In this document: positions 8,275 through 18,306 of the stretch, piece after piece | Position numbering within the stretch: the stretch's first letter is position 1 | Layout of the letters: each line of letters starts with the position of its first letter | NCBI GenBank assembly: GCA_008080745.1 | Contig: SHMX01000001.1 | Location: 300,001 to 332,000 of the forward strand | Direction: 5' to 3' | DNA length: 32,000 nucleotides | Source: Candidatus Thorarchaeota archaeon | Lineage (GTDB): Archaea; Asgardarchaeota; Thorarchaeia; Thorarchaeales; Thorarchaeaceae | Program-made: the position numbers and the translations under genes | The notes under the pieces: generated by a model | The model's input: only the letters and a program-made list of their open reading frames with translations | Databases searched by the model: none | What the model was told of the DNA's origin: nothing

Positions 8275-9927
8275 TTACTCTTCAGCAACAAAGGGCTTGG
8301 AGATGGATTCTTCCTCAACCTTGTCGGGCATGCGACGGTCACGCCACTCTGTCAAGGGGATACTGAACTTCGCCTCTACACGTGGTCTGTGTAGTGTGTT
8401 CATTGCACAGAACGGTATGATTCGTCCGTCAGGAACAGAATAGTTGATATCACAATGCGATACACGCTCAAGATCGAAGTTGTATGGATCCATGAAGTGC
8501 ATCATTCCTACCATGATAACACGCTCCATAAATTTAGACAGAGAGTCATAATCACCGCGATCAAGGAATGCACCGATAAGGTCCTTAATGAGGCCCTTTC
8601 TCTTGATATGACGAACACCAGCAGCTAATTTAGCCTTAGCCCGTTTGCTAGCGGCACGTTTACCATCAGCATAGAGGTTTGCGATTTCCTCAAGGAGTTC
8701 AATGAACTTATCAACGTCAATAATGTTGGTGATTGGTTCGTAAGAGCCATCATCGTTGATATAGAGGAAAGTAGACATACCACAGGCGAAGTGAGAGCTT
8801 AGTTCTAATTGAGGAGTGCCTTTCATTAGACCAAGTGCACGCCCAACAGGCATCATAGCTGGAACAGGATACCATTCCGAGGCCGGGATCTTACCATCAG
8901 TCTGTTCTTCGATGAGCTTGATACAATCGGGGATGGTAATACGCATCTCTTGACGCTTGTCATAGTCGATACGACCAGTGATGCTTACTGGTTGGAAGTT
9001 CACACAACGGATGACATCGGAGTTCTCAACTGCAAATTCAACTATGCCGCCAAGCTGATCATGGTTAACACCACGAACTACTGTAGGAACAAGAACCAAC
9101 GAGTCAAGTCCGGCTTTTCGACAGTTTTCAATGGCATCCATTTTGACTGGAAGAAGATTACTTCCACGAGCTTCGATATAAGGTTCAGGGGTTATGCCAT
9201 CAAATTGCATATAGATTGTGGATAGACCTGCATCTCTGAGTTCTTGGGTGTATTCCAGACTCTTACCAATACGAATAGCATTACTTGCAATCTGAGTATG
9301 TCGGAATCCAAGCTCCTTTGCCCATCGGATATATGTTGGTAGATGTTTACTAACAGTGGGTTCTCCACCAGCGAATTGAATGGCTGGTGCTGGGACAGGA
9401 AGGTTACCTCGTAGATTTTTCAACATCTCAAATACTTCTTCAGGAGTTGGCTCATAGACAGTTCCAGATTCAGCAGCATGAGCAAAACAGATAGGACAAC
9501 GTAGATTGCATCTATTGGTCACATCAAGCAGAGCAAGCGCAGTGTGGGACTTATGCTCGGGGCACTGACCACAGTCTTCAGGGCAGCCTTTTACGGTTTC
9601 GGTTCTAGGATTATCAAGACCGACAGTTTTGTACCACCATGACTGGGCCTTTCTGAACATATCAACATCGCCCCAGTAGATGTCTTTGAACTCGCCATGA
9701 GTTTCACAAGTCTTCTTGAACATGACCTTACCATCTTCTTCATAGAGGGTGGCATCGATGACGGTTACTTTATCATCACTTAATAGACACTCAGGACAGA
9801 TAGACTGAGTATCATAGGGGAGCTTACGTATCTCATGTTTTTCAACATGATAACGGGACAACTCATCCCCACTCTCAGCATGTTTAATGGGTTCTGCTGG
9901 AACAGGATCAACTTTTTCATGTACCAT
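8275..9927 (-). CDS. tes: Tetraether lipid synthase Tes / GDGT-MAS (MJ0619-family radical SAM), ~550 aa
   Basis: N-terminal SICPEC and GCPEDCGQCPEH; radical SAM CNLRCPIC; QFAGGEPT; HFACG; C-terminal HFMDPYNFDLERV..CDINY..PDGRIIPFC. Confidence 0.88.
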   Translation of the reverse strand: MVHEKVDPVPAEPIKHAESGDELSRYHVEKHEIRKLPYDTQSICPECLLSDDKVTVIDATLYEEDGKVMFKKTCETHGEFKDIYWGDVDMFRKAQSWWYKTVGLDNPRTETVKGCPEDCGQCPEHKSHTALALLDVTNRCNLRCPICFAHAAESGTVYEPTPEEVFEMLKNLRGNLPVPAPAIQFAGGEPTVSKHLPTYIRWAKELGFRHTQIASNAIRIGKSLEYTQELRDAGLSTIYMQFDGITPEPYIEARGSNLLPVKMDAIENCRKAGLDSLVLVPTVVRGVNHDQLGGIVEFAVENSDVIRCVNFQPVSITGRIDYDKRQEMRITIPDCIKLIEEQTDGKIPASEWYPVPAMMPVGRALGLMKGTPQLELSSHFACGMSTFLYINDDGSYEPITNIIDVDKFIELLEEIANLYADGKRAASKRAKAKLAAGVRHIKRKGLIKDLIGAFLDRGDYDSLSKFMERVIMVGMMHFMDPYNFDLERVSHCDINYSVPDGRIIPFCAMNTLHRPRVEAKFSIPLTEWRDRRMPDKVEEESISKPFVAEE

Positions 9928-10108
9928 AATATTCGCACTCCATGAGGCGATTAGTACCACCACTAAAGAGGGTGGTATTCTGGTGATTGGTCATCAAAAA
10001 CCGAATATAACCTTTATCCGAAGTTTCAGAGTATGAAAGCTAGTACGAGATGTTTCATGCTAATTGTGTGATGGATTCATTATTATATCAGTCAAAATAT
10101 GTTTTCAT

Positions 10109-10894
10109 ATGCAACTTGATTTATTCACTACTGGTTTTACAGCTATTGTGATTTTTCTTTCTGCACTCGTCCATGGAATAGCTGGCTTCGGAGCTGCTCA
10201 AGTTGCTATGGGTCTTCTTCCGCTCTTTCGAGACCCAGCTGCTGGGTCAATCATCTTCACCTTCATCGCAATTGTATTGAACTTGAGAGTATGGTGGAGT
10301 GTCCGTGAAGATTTCGCGTGGAAAGATTGGCTCATCCCCGTGAGCGGTCTTTTGTTAGGCTTGCCGACAGGGATATTTCTTTTTCAGGGACTTGATGAAA
10401 CCGCACTGAGAATTGTAATTGGAATCACTTTAGTGATAGGTGTGATACTCATTATCATAATGCGTATGACAGAAATAGGAAAAAGCTGGATGAAAGAATC
10501 TTCACTCAAACTGGGGTGGAAAACAGGAGTATTGGCTGGTTTCTTTGCTGGTATCTTGGGCGGTTCGGTAGCAATACCTGGACCTCCAATGATATTGTAT
10601 GGAACATATCTTTTGGCAACCGAGGAATGGAAAGGAAATCATACAAAAGCTGTCTTTACTGCCTTCTTTGGTACGCTGATGACCTATAGACTAGCTTCAC
10701 TTGCCTTTGTTGGAGCGATAACGTTTGATTTAGCATTAGAAGCGATGGTTGTTATGCCTGCACTCTTCATTGGTTCAGCAGTCGGCATTTTTCTCTATAA
10801 GCGAATAGATGAAACAAAATTCAGATGGATAGTGCTGGTTGGTCTAGCCATGAATGCATTCATTCTTATCTTAACAGCTATCCCAGAGTTCTAG
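10109..10894 (+). CDS. TauE/SafE family sulfite exporter-like membrane protein
   Basis: SALVHGIAGFGAA and GILGGSVAIPGPP repeats; about eight TM segments. Confidence 0.85.
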   Translation: MQLDLFTTGFTAIVIFLSALVHGIAGFGAAQVAMGLLPLFRDPAAGSIIFTFIAIVLNLRVWWSVREDFAWKDWLIPVSGLLLGLPTGIFLFQGLDETALRIVIGITLVIGVILIIIMRMTEIGKSWMKESSLKLGWKTGVLAGFFAGILGGSVAIPGPPMILYGTYLLATEEWKGNHTKAVFTAFFGTLMTYRLASLAFVGAITFDLALEAMVVMPALFIGSAVGIFLYKRIDETKFRWIVLVGLAMNAFILILTAIPEF

Positions 10895-10937
10895 ATAACT
10901 AAATATATTAAACGTCTTTACTATAGTTTAGTAATGA

Positions 10938-12395
10938 GTGTCGATGCTTGTGGATAGTAGAAATTTAACACTGCTTCAAATAAATGACAGTCACGCCTAT
11001 ATTGAACCACACAATGAATATTTCTGGAATGGCGAAGAACTTGTGATTAGGGAAGCAGGAGGATATGCCAGAATTGCGGAATTGGTGAAAACCATCCGTG
11101 ATGAAAAGAAGAACCAAGTATTATTCTTAGATAACGGGGATACAATTCATGGAACATACCCAGCAGTAACAAGTCATGGAGAAGCCATGGTTCCCATATT
11201 GAATAGGATGGGTATTGATGGTATGACACTTCACTGGGAGTTTGCATATGGGCCAGAACAGCTGAAGAAAATATCAAAGATGATAGATTACCCCTTCTTG
11301 GCCTGCAATACATACAATGAAGAAGACGGAAAATTGGTCTATCCTGCATATGAGGTGTACGAAAGAAATGATATGAGAATAGGAGTTATTGGAATTGCAA
11401 ACAGAATAGTAGATGTAACCATGCCCGTACAGTTCAGTAGGGGTGTAAAAATAACTAAAGGCGTTGATGAATTACCAGATCATATCAGAACCCTTAGAGA
11501 AAAAGAACGTGTTGATTTAGTAGTCGTCCTTTCACATCTTGGACTGCCACATGCAAATTATATCGCTGAGCACATTGATGGAATTGATGTCTTTCTCAGC
11601 GGACATACGCATAACCGGCTGTACATGCCATTTGTGGTTAACAATACGATTATCATTCAATCTGGATATCAAGGCTCATTTATTGGAAGATTAGACCTCA
11701 GTATAAGGGACAAAAAGATAGTAGGATTCAAGCATGACCTGATTGAGATTAATGAGAATATACCCGATGACCCAGAGGTCAGAGAAGAGGTGACTAAAGT
11801 GATGGAACCTCATCGTGAGATGCTTCATGAGGTTGTTGGCGAAACCAAGACTCCTCTAGCCAGACATAGAGTTATGGAGAGTACAATGGATAACTTCCTT
11901 CTTCAGGGCCTAATCAATACATCAGATGCAGAGTTAGCATTTTCAAATGGATGGCGATATGGTGCGCCTATACCGAAGGGAAATATAACAATGGAGGACC
12001 TCTGGAATATCATTCCCGTTAATCCACCAGTTTCAGTCTGTTCAATTACTGGAGAAGAACTACTAGTTATGATGGAAGAGAATCTTGAAGCTACCTTCTC
12101 TCGAGACCCTTTTGGACAGATGGGAGGTTATGTGAAAAGGTGTTTAGGGCTGCATATCTATTTCAAAATTGAGAATCCTAAAGGCAGGCGAATTCAAGAC
12201 TTCTTCATTGGTAAAGAAAGATTGGATAGGAAAAAGACATACCAAGCTTGTTTTGTGACAACTCAGGGTATTCCTGAAAGGTATGGATCCGAACGAAGAG
12301 ATTTGGATATTGACGCTATTGAGGCTTTGCGACTGTTTCTGGATGAAAAGAAAAGTGTGAAAGCAAATCTACGAAATGCCATTGTCGCAATATAA
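10938..12395 (+). CDS. 5'-nucleotidase-superfamily metallohydrolase with SoxB-like signature
   Basis: NDSHA, GGYARIA, DNGDT, HWEFAYG, SGHTH, WRYG and DPFGQMGG motifs. No signal peptide. Confidence 0.8.
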   Translation: MSMLVDSRNLTLLQINDSHAYIEPHNEYFWNGEELVIREAGGYARIAELVKTIRDEKKNQVLFLDNGDTIHGTYPAVTSHGEAMVPILNRMGIDGMTLHWEFAYGPEQLKKISKMIDYPFLACNTYNEEDGKLVYPAYEVYERNDMRIGVIGIANRIVDVTMPVQFSRGVKITKGVDELPDHIRTLREKERVDLVVVLSHLGLPHANYIAEHIDGIDVFLSGHTHNRLYMPFVVNNTIIIQSGYQGSFIGRLDLSIRDKKIVGFKHDLIEINENIPDDPEVREEVTKVMEPHREMLHEVVGETKTPLARHRVMESTMDNFLLQGLINTSDAELAFSNGWRYGAPIPKGNITMEDLWNIIPVNPPVSVCSITGEELLVMMEENLEATFSRDPFGQMGGYVKRCLGLHIYFKIENPKGRRIQDFFIGKERLDRKKTYQACFVTTQGIPERYGSERRDLDIDAIEALRLFLDEKKSVKANLRNAIVAI

Positions 12396-12399
12396 TAGC

Positions 12400-12723
12400 T
12401 TATTCTAGGTCTTCAAGATTAAGAACGAGGTGAGCAGAAAAACCACCCCGTTCCTCACTCTTATTCTTACGAATGCTCTCAATCTGCATTTTAGAAATTT
12501 CTCTATGTTCTAGTAAAGCATAGATGGCTTCTAGTATATCAGCAATCTCTATTGATTCTCCGGATTCATGGAGTTCTAAGGATTCTTCAAGAATCTTATC
12601 TCGGAGGAGCTTGTCTATTTCATCATGTGATGCTCTGCGAACTTGGGCTTCCAATCCCTTCGCTCTAATGATATCTGGAATCTTATCCCTGACTAGCTTT
12701 TCTTTTCCCAAAGCCCTCACCAC
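12400..12723 (-). CDS. MazG-like nucleoside triphosphate pyrophosphohydrolase
   Basis: KLVRDKIPDII, KILEESLE and EIADILE motifs. Confidence 0.82.
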   Translation of the reverse strand: MVRALGKEKLVRDKIPDIIRAKGLEAQVRRASHDEIDKLLRDKILEESLELHESGESIEIADILEAIYALLEHREISKMQIESIRKNKSEERGGFSAHLVLNLEDLE

Positions 12724-12733
12724 AGACTGGATT

Positions 12734-13405
12734 CTACCTAATAGCCAAAGCTACTTCAATTTGATCCTTGGCTACTTTTTTGAAATCATCAATAGCTGCT
12801 TGGAGACCCTCGGGAATATCTGTAGTCCAGGGTTCTTTTGCTCCTCGTGCAACACCATCCTTCATTTCTTCAAAGGGTAAGAAAGAGGGTTCCATCTGAT
12901 CGTTAAAGGATAGTGTACCAAGCCATTTTCCAGCTTCATGTACTTCATAGAGAGGAAACAAATCATCCATCTCATCAGGAACAATAGCATCCCAGAAAAT
13001 AGTCATACCGTTGAATTGCCCCGCATCGCCTAATCCGATAGCATAGGTATCTAATGTTGCCTTTGCAGAACGAATAGTATACAACAATCCAATACGACAA
13101 TTCAGGCATTGATTGAATTCTAGACCGTCCCCATTAGGTTGAGGATATGCAATTCCATTGGTTTCTTTATTGGAATCGTTGCAATGAGGACACAGATCCA
13201 TGCCCCACCTAACTTCGAGGTGATCTTCAAATGGTCCTTCTAGAAATCTCTTCTTAGAGGTTTCAAAGGCATCCTTTACAGCTTGAAATCCTTCATCATC
13301 CATCTTTTTCCGAATGGCGGACCAAACATCTAACAAGTTCTGAGCACGTACGCCATAGATGATATCTGCCAGTTTATCAAGTGGTTTTTCTTCCAACCCG
13401 CTCAT
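12734..13405 (-). CDS. Hypothetical protein with CxxC...CxxC zinc ribbon
   Basis: 223-aa ORF containing CPHC and CLNC. No family recognised. Confidence 0.65.
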   Translation of the reverse strand: MSGLEEKPLDKLADIIYGVRAQNLLDVWSAIRKKMDDEGFQAVKDAFETSKKRFLEGPFEDHLEVRWGMDLCPHCNDSNKETNGIAYPQPNGDGLEFNQCLNCRIGLLYTIRSAKATLDTYAIGLGDAGQFNGMTIFWDAIVPDEMDDLFPLYEVHEAGKWLGTLSFNDQMEPSFLPFEEMKDGVARGAKEPWTTDIPEGLQAAIDDFKKVAKDQIEVALAIR

Positions 13406-13678
13406 AATGTGTCATCCCACATGAATCTCTGCCCTGATACAATTAAGTTTTGACCAGACGCAGATAGTGGTCAAAGTTAGTTAGCCTAAGATTTTTAACA
13501 GCTACATTGAATTTCCAACTAAGAGCCCTAACAGGTGAAAAGGATGGATTGCCAAATTAAATAGCAATGGCTTCTTTGAAAAGCTAGTCCATCTTGAGTT
13601 TACACCATTACGAACTAATTATAACGGGGCTCGAATTGATTCCAAATCAAATCTCAATCAATACAAGAGGAGTCCATA

Positions 13679-16600
13679 ATGAGCCCCCTAGCAAAGCGCT
13701 ACGACCCGATAACCCTTGAAGAAGAGATACTCAAGTACTGGAAGAAAAATGAAACATTTAGGAAGACAGTGGAATTTAGAGAATCAGGACCACGTTGGAA
13801 CTTCCTAGAAGGGCCACCTACTACAAATGGCTTCATGCATGTTGGTCATGCAAGGGGCCGTGCAATGAAAGACGTCCAAATCAGATACATGACTATGAAA
13901 GGATACAATGTCTGGCGACGAGGTGGTTGGGATATGCAGGGACTCCCAGTAGAGTTGGAGGTCGAGAAGAAAGAAGGTCTCGCAGAGAAGGGTGAGATAG
14001 AATCAGAGATGGGAATGGATCAATTTGTTCAGAAATGTAAAGATCTTGTGGATTTCTATCTTGAACGATGGGTCAACGATTCTGTTAGGCTGGGACTTTG
14101 GCTGGACTTCGACAGCGCTTATCAAACCAGACGTGATGATTACATCGAACATGTGTGGTACTTTCTCAAGTTAGCCAGTGAGAAAGGGTTGTTGGGAAGG
14201 GGTTACCGAGTCAACCCCATATGTCCACGATGTGTTACTGCGCTATCTGGCCATGAAGTTTCTCAAGGATACATGACAAAAACCGATCCCTCGATATACG
14301 TCAAGTTCAAGCGAAAAGGAATGGAAAATGAATACCTTGTCATCTGGACTACTACGCCATTTACCCTAATATCCAATGAGATGGTATCCGTACATCCGGA
14401 TATGACATATGTGAAGATTGAGGCCGATGGAGAATTCTGGTGGTTAGTTGAAGACTTGGTTGAGACCGTCATGGAGAAAGCTAAGGTCAAGAAGTACAAA
14501 GTGGTTGAGAAACTAAAAGGAAAAAAGATGCTAGGTTGGAAATACGAACATCCCTTCAAAGAAGAGGTTCCATTTCACCAAGAGCATGATGAGAAGTATA
14601 TGCATGCAGTTGTAACCGGAACTCATGTAACAGTTGAAGATGGTACGGGACTCGTCCACACAGCGCCGGGTTTTGGTCCTGATGACTTCGAGGTAGGTAG
14701 AGAATTTGATGTTCCCGTTCTCGCCCCTGTAACTAAGAAGGGACACTTTACAGAAGAAGTACCAATATTTGAAGGGAAGTATGTATTTGATACGAACAAA
14801 GACGTTCCAGAGATACTCAAGCAAAAGGGACTTCTCCTACACCAAGAAACACTAGACCACGAATATCCACATTGTTGGAGATGTGATACACCACTCATAT
14901 ATCTAGCAGATAAGACTCAATGGTTCCTAAAAATGGAAGGAGTTAGAGACCAACTCGTAGAACAGAACAAGAGAGTGGAATGGACGCCGGACTGGGCAGG
15001 AAGTGGTCGATTTGGAGACTGGGTTGCAAATGCAGATGACTGGTGCATATCTAGGTCTCGAATCTGGGGTTCACCACTACCAGTCTGGGTATGTGATGAC
15101 TGTCATGAGGAAGTAGTAATCGGCTCCCAAGAGGAACTCAGAGTGAATGCTGTTGAATTTCCAGAAGAGTTTGAGATGCATCGCCCGTGGGTTGATGAGG
15201 TTGTCTTGAAATGCGAAAAATGTGAAGGAATCATGCATAGAGAACCTTTTGTGACTGACTGTTGGTTGGATTCAGGGATGGCACATACCGCAAGTGTGCA
15301 TTACCTCAAAGACCCAAAGCTGTTCACAGAAGTGTTTCCATATGATTTCATTACAGAGGCGGTTGATCAATCTAGGGGATGGTTCTATAGCTTGCTCTAC
15401 ACCTCTGTTGTTATGCACGGTACTGTAGCCTATAGGGCGTGTGTTAGCCAAGAACATGTCTTAGATGAAGATGGAGGTAAAATGAGTAAATCGCGTGGAA
15501 ATGTGGTCTGGGCCGAGGATGTCTTCAAGGAAATAGGAGCTGACCCATATAGGATACATGTGGTGACAAAGTCCTCCTCATGGTCAAGAATGAATTATGC
15601 AAAAAGAGAAGTTGATCTTACTAGAAAAAAGCTAGACATTCTTTGGAACGTAGTTCTCTTCGCAGACACCTACATGGAGCTAGACAAATTCAAGTTTGAT
15701 GAAAAGAGATTGAAGAAGGGACTCAAGAAATCAGATTTGGAAGATAAATGGTTGGTGTCAAGAGTTCAAAGCGTTTTGAAGTCATTCCATGAGTATATGG
15801 ACAAATATCTCTGGCATCACGCAGGAAGAGTCCTATTAGAGTTCATAACCGAAGATCTCAGTAGAATCTATCTGCCATTGGTCAAAAAACGTGTGTGGTT
15901 AGAGAGTGAGGATCCTAAGAAGGTAATGGCATATGATGTACTATACTATGCCCTACAAAGTATACTTCGATGTATGAACATCTTCACACCCTTTTTGGCA
16001 GAGAAGTTGCATCAGGACTTCCTAACCAAATTTGCAGACAATCAGCCCGAATCAATAAACCTGACAGATATGCCCGAAGTGGATGAGAAGTTACTAGATA
16101 AGGAGATAGAAGCGACCTTTGATGTTCTAGAAGAACTCAGATCTGCATCAAGTCATGCAAGAAATAAGCGTGGTGTGAAACTTAGACATCCTGTTGCAAA
16201 GGTGGTTTTAATCGCGCTGACAGAAGAGATAGCCAAACGAGCTGAGAGTCTAAGAGATTTACTATTGGATGATTTGAATACCCGAGAATTCGAGGTACAA
16301 AAGACCGATGTTATGGCAGAATTTACAAAATTATCCATCAAACCTAACTTTAAGGCCCTTGGCCCACGATACAAGGACAAGATGAAGGCCATTGTAAAAA
16401 CCCTAGAAGCGATAGACGGAGGAAAACTACGTGAAGACCTTGAAACAGGTAAGGCATTCATAGATGTTGAGGGTGAGAAGATCGAGATTCTACCCGGGGA
16501 TGTCGAATTTGAAGAGAGCCTCCCTGAACATCTGAGCCAAGCTGATAGCAAGATTGGTAAAGTGTATGTTGATGTTACCCGTACTAAGGAACTGGAAGCT

Positions 16601-16876
16601 GAGGGATTAATCAGAGATGTCACTCGCAGAATTCAAGTCATGCGAAAAGAAATCGATCTCAACGTAGAGCAAGAGATAGATCTGACAGTACGCTTTTCGG
16701 ACGCTGAATCACTTGAACTGGCCAAGATGTTTGAAGATTATCTAGCAAATGAAACTAGAGCTGATAGCATGGAATTGGTTGGACCAAAAGCAAGACCAAA
16801 GTGGAAGAGCTTTGAGTATACGAAGGATTGGGAGATAGACGACCTCAAGATAAAGGTCGGCATGACCCCCAAATAG
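13679..16876 (+). CDS. ileS: Isoleucine--tRNA ligase (archaeal/eukaryote type)
   Basis: GPPTTNG-HVGH, GWDMQGLP, editing-domain WTTTP and GTGLVH, DQSRGWF, KMSKS; 1065 aa. Confidence 0.96.
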   Translation: MSPLAKRYDPITLEEEILKYWKKNETFRKTVEFRESGPRWNFLEGPPTTNGFMHVGHARGRAMKDVQIRYMTMKGYNVWRRGGWDMQGLPVELEVEKKEGLAEKGEIESEMGMDQFVQKCKDLVDFYLERWVNDSVRLGLWLDFDSAYQTRRDDYIEHVWYFLKLASEKGLLGRGYRVNPICPRCVTALSGHEVSQGYMTKTDPSIYVKFKRKGMENEYLVIWTTTPFTLISNEMVSVHPDMTYVKIEADGEFWWLVEDLVETVMEKAKVKKYKVVEKLKGKKMLGWKYEHPFKEEVPFHQEHDEKYMHAVVTGTHVTVEDGTGLVHTAPGFGPDDFEVGREFDVPVLAPVTKKGHFTEEVPIFEGKYVFDTNKDVPEILKQKGLLLHQETLDHEYPHCWRCDTPLIYLADKTQWFLKMEGVRDQLVEQNKRVEWTPDWAGSGRFGDWVANADDWCISRSRIWGSPLPVWVCDDCHEEVVIGSQEELRVNAVEFPEEFEMHRPWVDEVVLKCEKCEGIMHREPFVTDCWLDSGMAHTASVHYLKDPKLFTEVFPYDFITEAVDQSRGWFYSLLYTSVVMHGTVAYRACVSQEHVLDEDGGKMSKSRGNVVWAEDVFKEIGADPYRIHVVTKSSSWSRMNYAKREVDLTRKKLDILWNVVLFADTYMELDKFKFDEKRLKKGLKKSDLEDKWLVSRVQSVLKSFHEYMDKYLWHHAGRVLLEFITEDLSRIYLPLVKKRVWLESEDPKKVMAYDVLYYALQSILRCMNIFTPFLAEKLHQDFLTKFADNQPESINLTDMPEVDEKLLDKEIEATFDVLEELRSASSHARNKRGVKLRHPVAKVVLIALTEEIAKRAESLRDLLLDDLNTREFEVQKTDVMAEFTKLSIKPNFKALGPRYKDKMKAIVKTLEAIDGGKLREDLETGKAFIDVEGEKIEILPGDVEFEESLPEHLSQADSKIGKVYVDVTRTKELEAEGLIRDVTRRIQVMRKEIDLNVEQEIDLTVRFSDAESLELAKMFEDYLANETRADSMELVGPKARPKWKSFEYTKDWEIDDLKIKVGMTPK

Positions 16877-16877
16877 C

Positions 16878-18212
16878 TCAATAGGGAGAATCCTCTCTGC
16901 TGAGTCCTTCCGCCAGGGTATAGAAGAATCTTGCATTCTCTTGGATGGACTCCAGAGAAACCCATTCGTTAGGTCCGTGAAGATTGCCTCCACGTGGACC
17001 AAAATCAAAAACATCTGCTCCATGACCTGCAAAATATCGGGAGTCAGAAGCTCCATATCCTTCTATTAGCTTGTAACGTATATTCTCTTTCCTTAACGCC
17101 CACTCTGCAGCCTGGATAAGTTCAGAGTCTGGTGGAGAATCCACATATCCAATTCCTGCATGGACCTTTACGCTTGCATTTTCAACTTTCCCTTGAAGCG
17201 CTTTTTCAAATGCTGCCTGTACCGCGTCACCATCATTAGTCATAGCTCGAATATCAAGATAGAATGACCAAGTATCATCATCTAATTCGACCAGATTGGG
17301 TGATACAATAGTACCCAAATCTGAATGTTCAGTATGGTATGGAGCTGCAGTAATAGAGAGGAGAGAATGAACTAATCCTGTAAGAGTGGCGTCATATTCC
17401 AGATCTTCCCCTTTACTATCTGGATGGATTATATCCAGTTCTACCCAATCTGGAATCACATTTGATTTAACGAACCCACCCCTGATTGCACTGACCTTGG
17501 AGTATCCCTGCAAATCCAAATATTTTGATGCTGCCAACATCGCATGACGATCAACACCCAGTCGTTGATATGCTGAATGACGAGACTCACTTCCAAAGAT
17601 GTCAGTTTTGAATCGAATTGTTTCTTTTCGCCCTTTTGTTCGGAGAATTTTCTTTTCAGCTCGGATATATGTGGGTAAAATGTTCCTTCTGCGATGAATG
17701 ATAACTTGATTGATTCCATCTGCAATTACTACATAATCGGGAAACATATCATTATCCACAAGATATTCTTTCAGATATCCTGCTCCATGCGAGCCCCCTA
17801 TTTCCTCATCACCAGAAGCAGAGAGCATGATTGTCGCAGGAATTGGTGATTGTTTCAATATTTGTGCCATTAGAATCATAGAAACAATGTTGCCCTTGTT
17901 ATCACAGGTACCACGACCATAAGCAGTGTCACTTTCAACATGCAGTTTGAAAGGATCGGTCCTCCAACCATCACCAGGAGGTACAACATCAAAATGAGCT
18001 AAGAATAGAATCTTTGGACCCGAATTACCCTTTATCCCAAAAGCAGTATGGTATCCCTTAGACTCAAGCAACTCAGTCTTAAACCCGAATTCAGCCCAGC
18101 GCTGGTTTATATAATGGCCACATTCAGGATCTGCTTTCTTACCTGAAGATGCCTCGTTAGTAGTATCATAAGATACGAGAGTTTCTAATTCTGTCTTGAC
18201 ATCAATTGGCAT
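16878..18212 (-). CDS. M20/M25/M40 family metallopeptidase/deacylase (ArgE/DapE-like)
   Basis: AHFDVV, GRGTCDNKG, DEEIGG and HGPNE metal-binding motifs. Confidence 0.88.
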   Translation of the reverse strand: MPIDVKTELETLVSYDTTNEASSGKKADPECGHYINQRWAEFGFKTELLESKGYHTAFGIKGNSGPKILFLAHFDVVPPGDGWRTDPFKLHVESDTAYGRGTCDNKGNIVSMILMAQILKQSPIPATIMLSASGDEEIGGSHGAGYLKEYLVDNDMFPDYVVIADGINQVIIHRRRNILPTYIRAEKKILRTKGRKETIRFKTDIFGSESRHSAYQRLGVDRHAMLAASKYLDLQGYSKVSAIRGGFVKSNVIPDWVELDIIHPDSKGEDLEYDATLTGLVHSLLSITAAPYHTEHSDLGTIVSPNLVELDDDTWSFYLDIRAMTNDGDAVQAAFEKALQGKVENASVKVHAGIGYVDSPPDSELIQAAEWALRKENIRYKLIEGYGASDSRYFAGHGADVFDFGPRGGNLHGPNEWVSLESIQENARFFYTLAEGLSREDSPY

Positions 18213-18306
18213 AGTAATTCAGTATAAAGTGAATCATACTTGTAAATAACTGCTTTGAGAAAAAGAAATGAGAAAGAGTGACGTTCAATCGCCACTCTAA
18301 CTTAGA

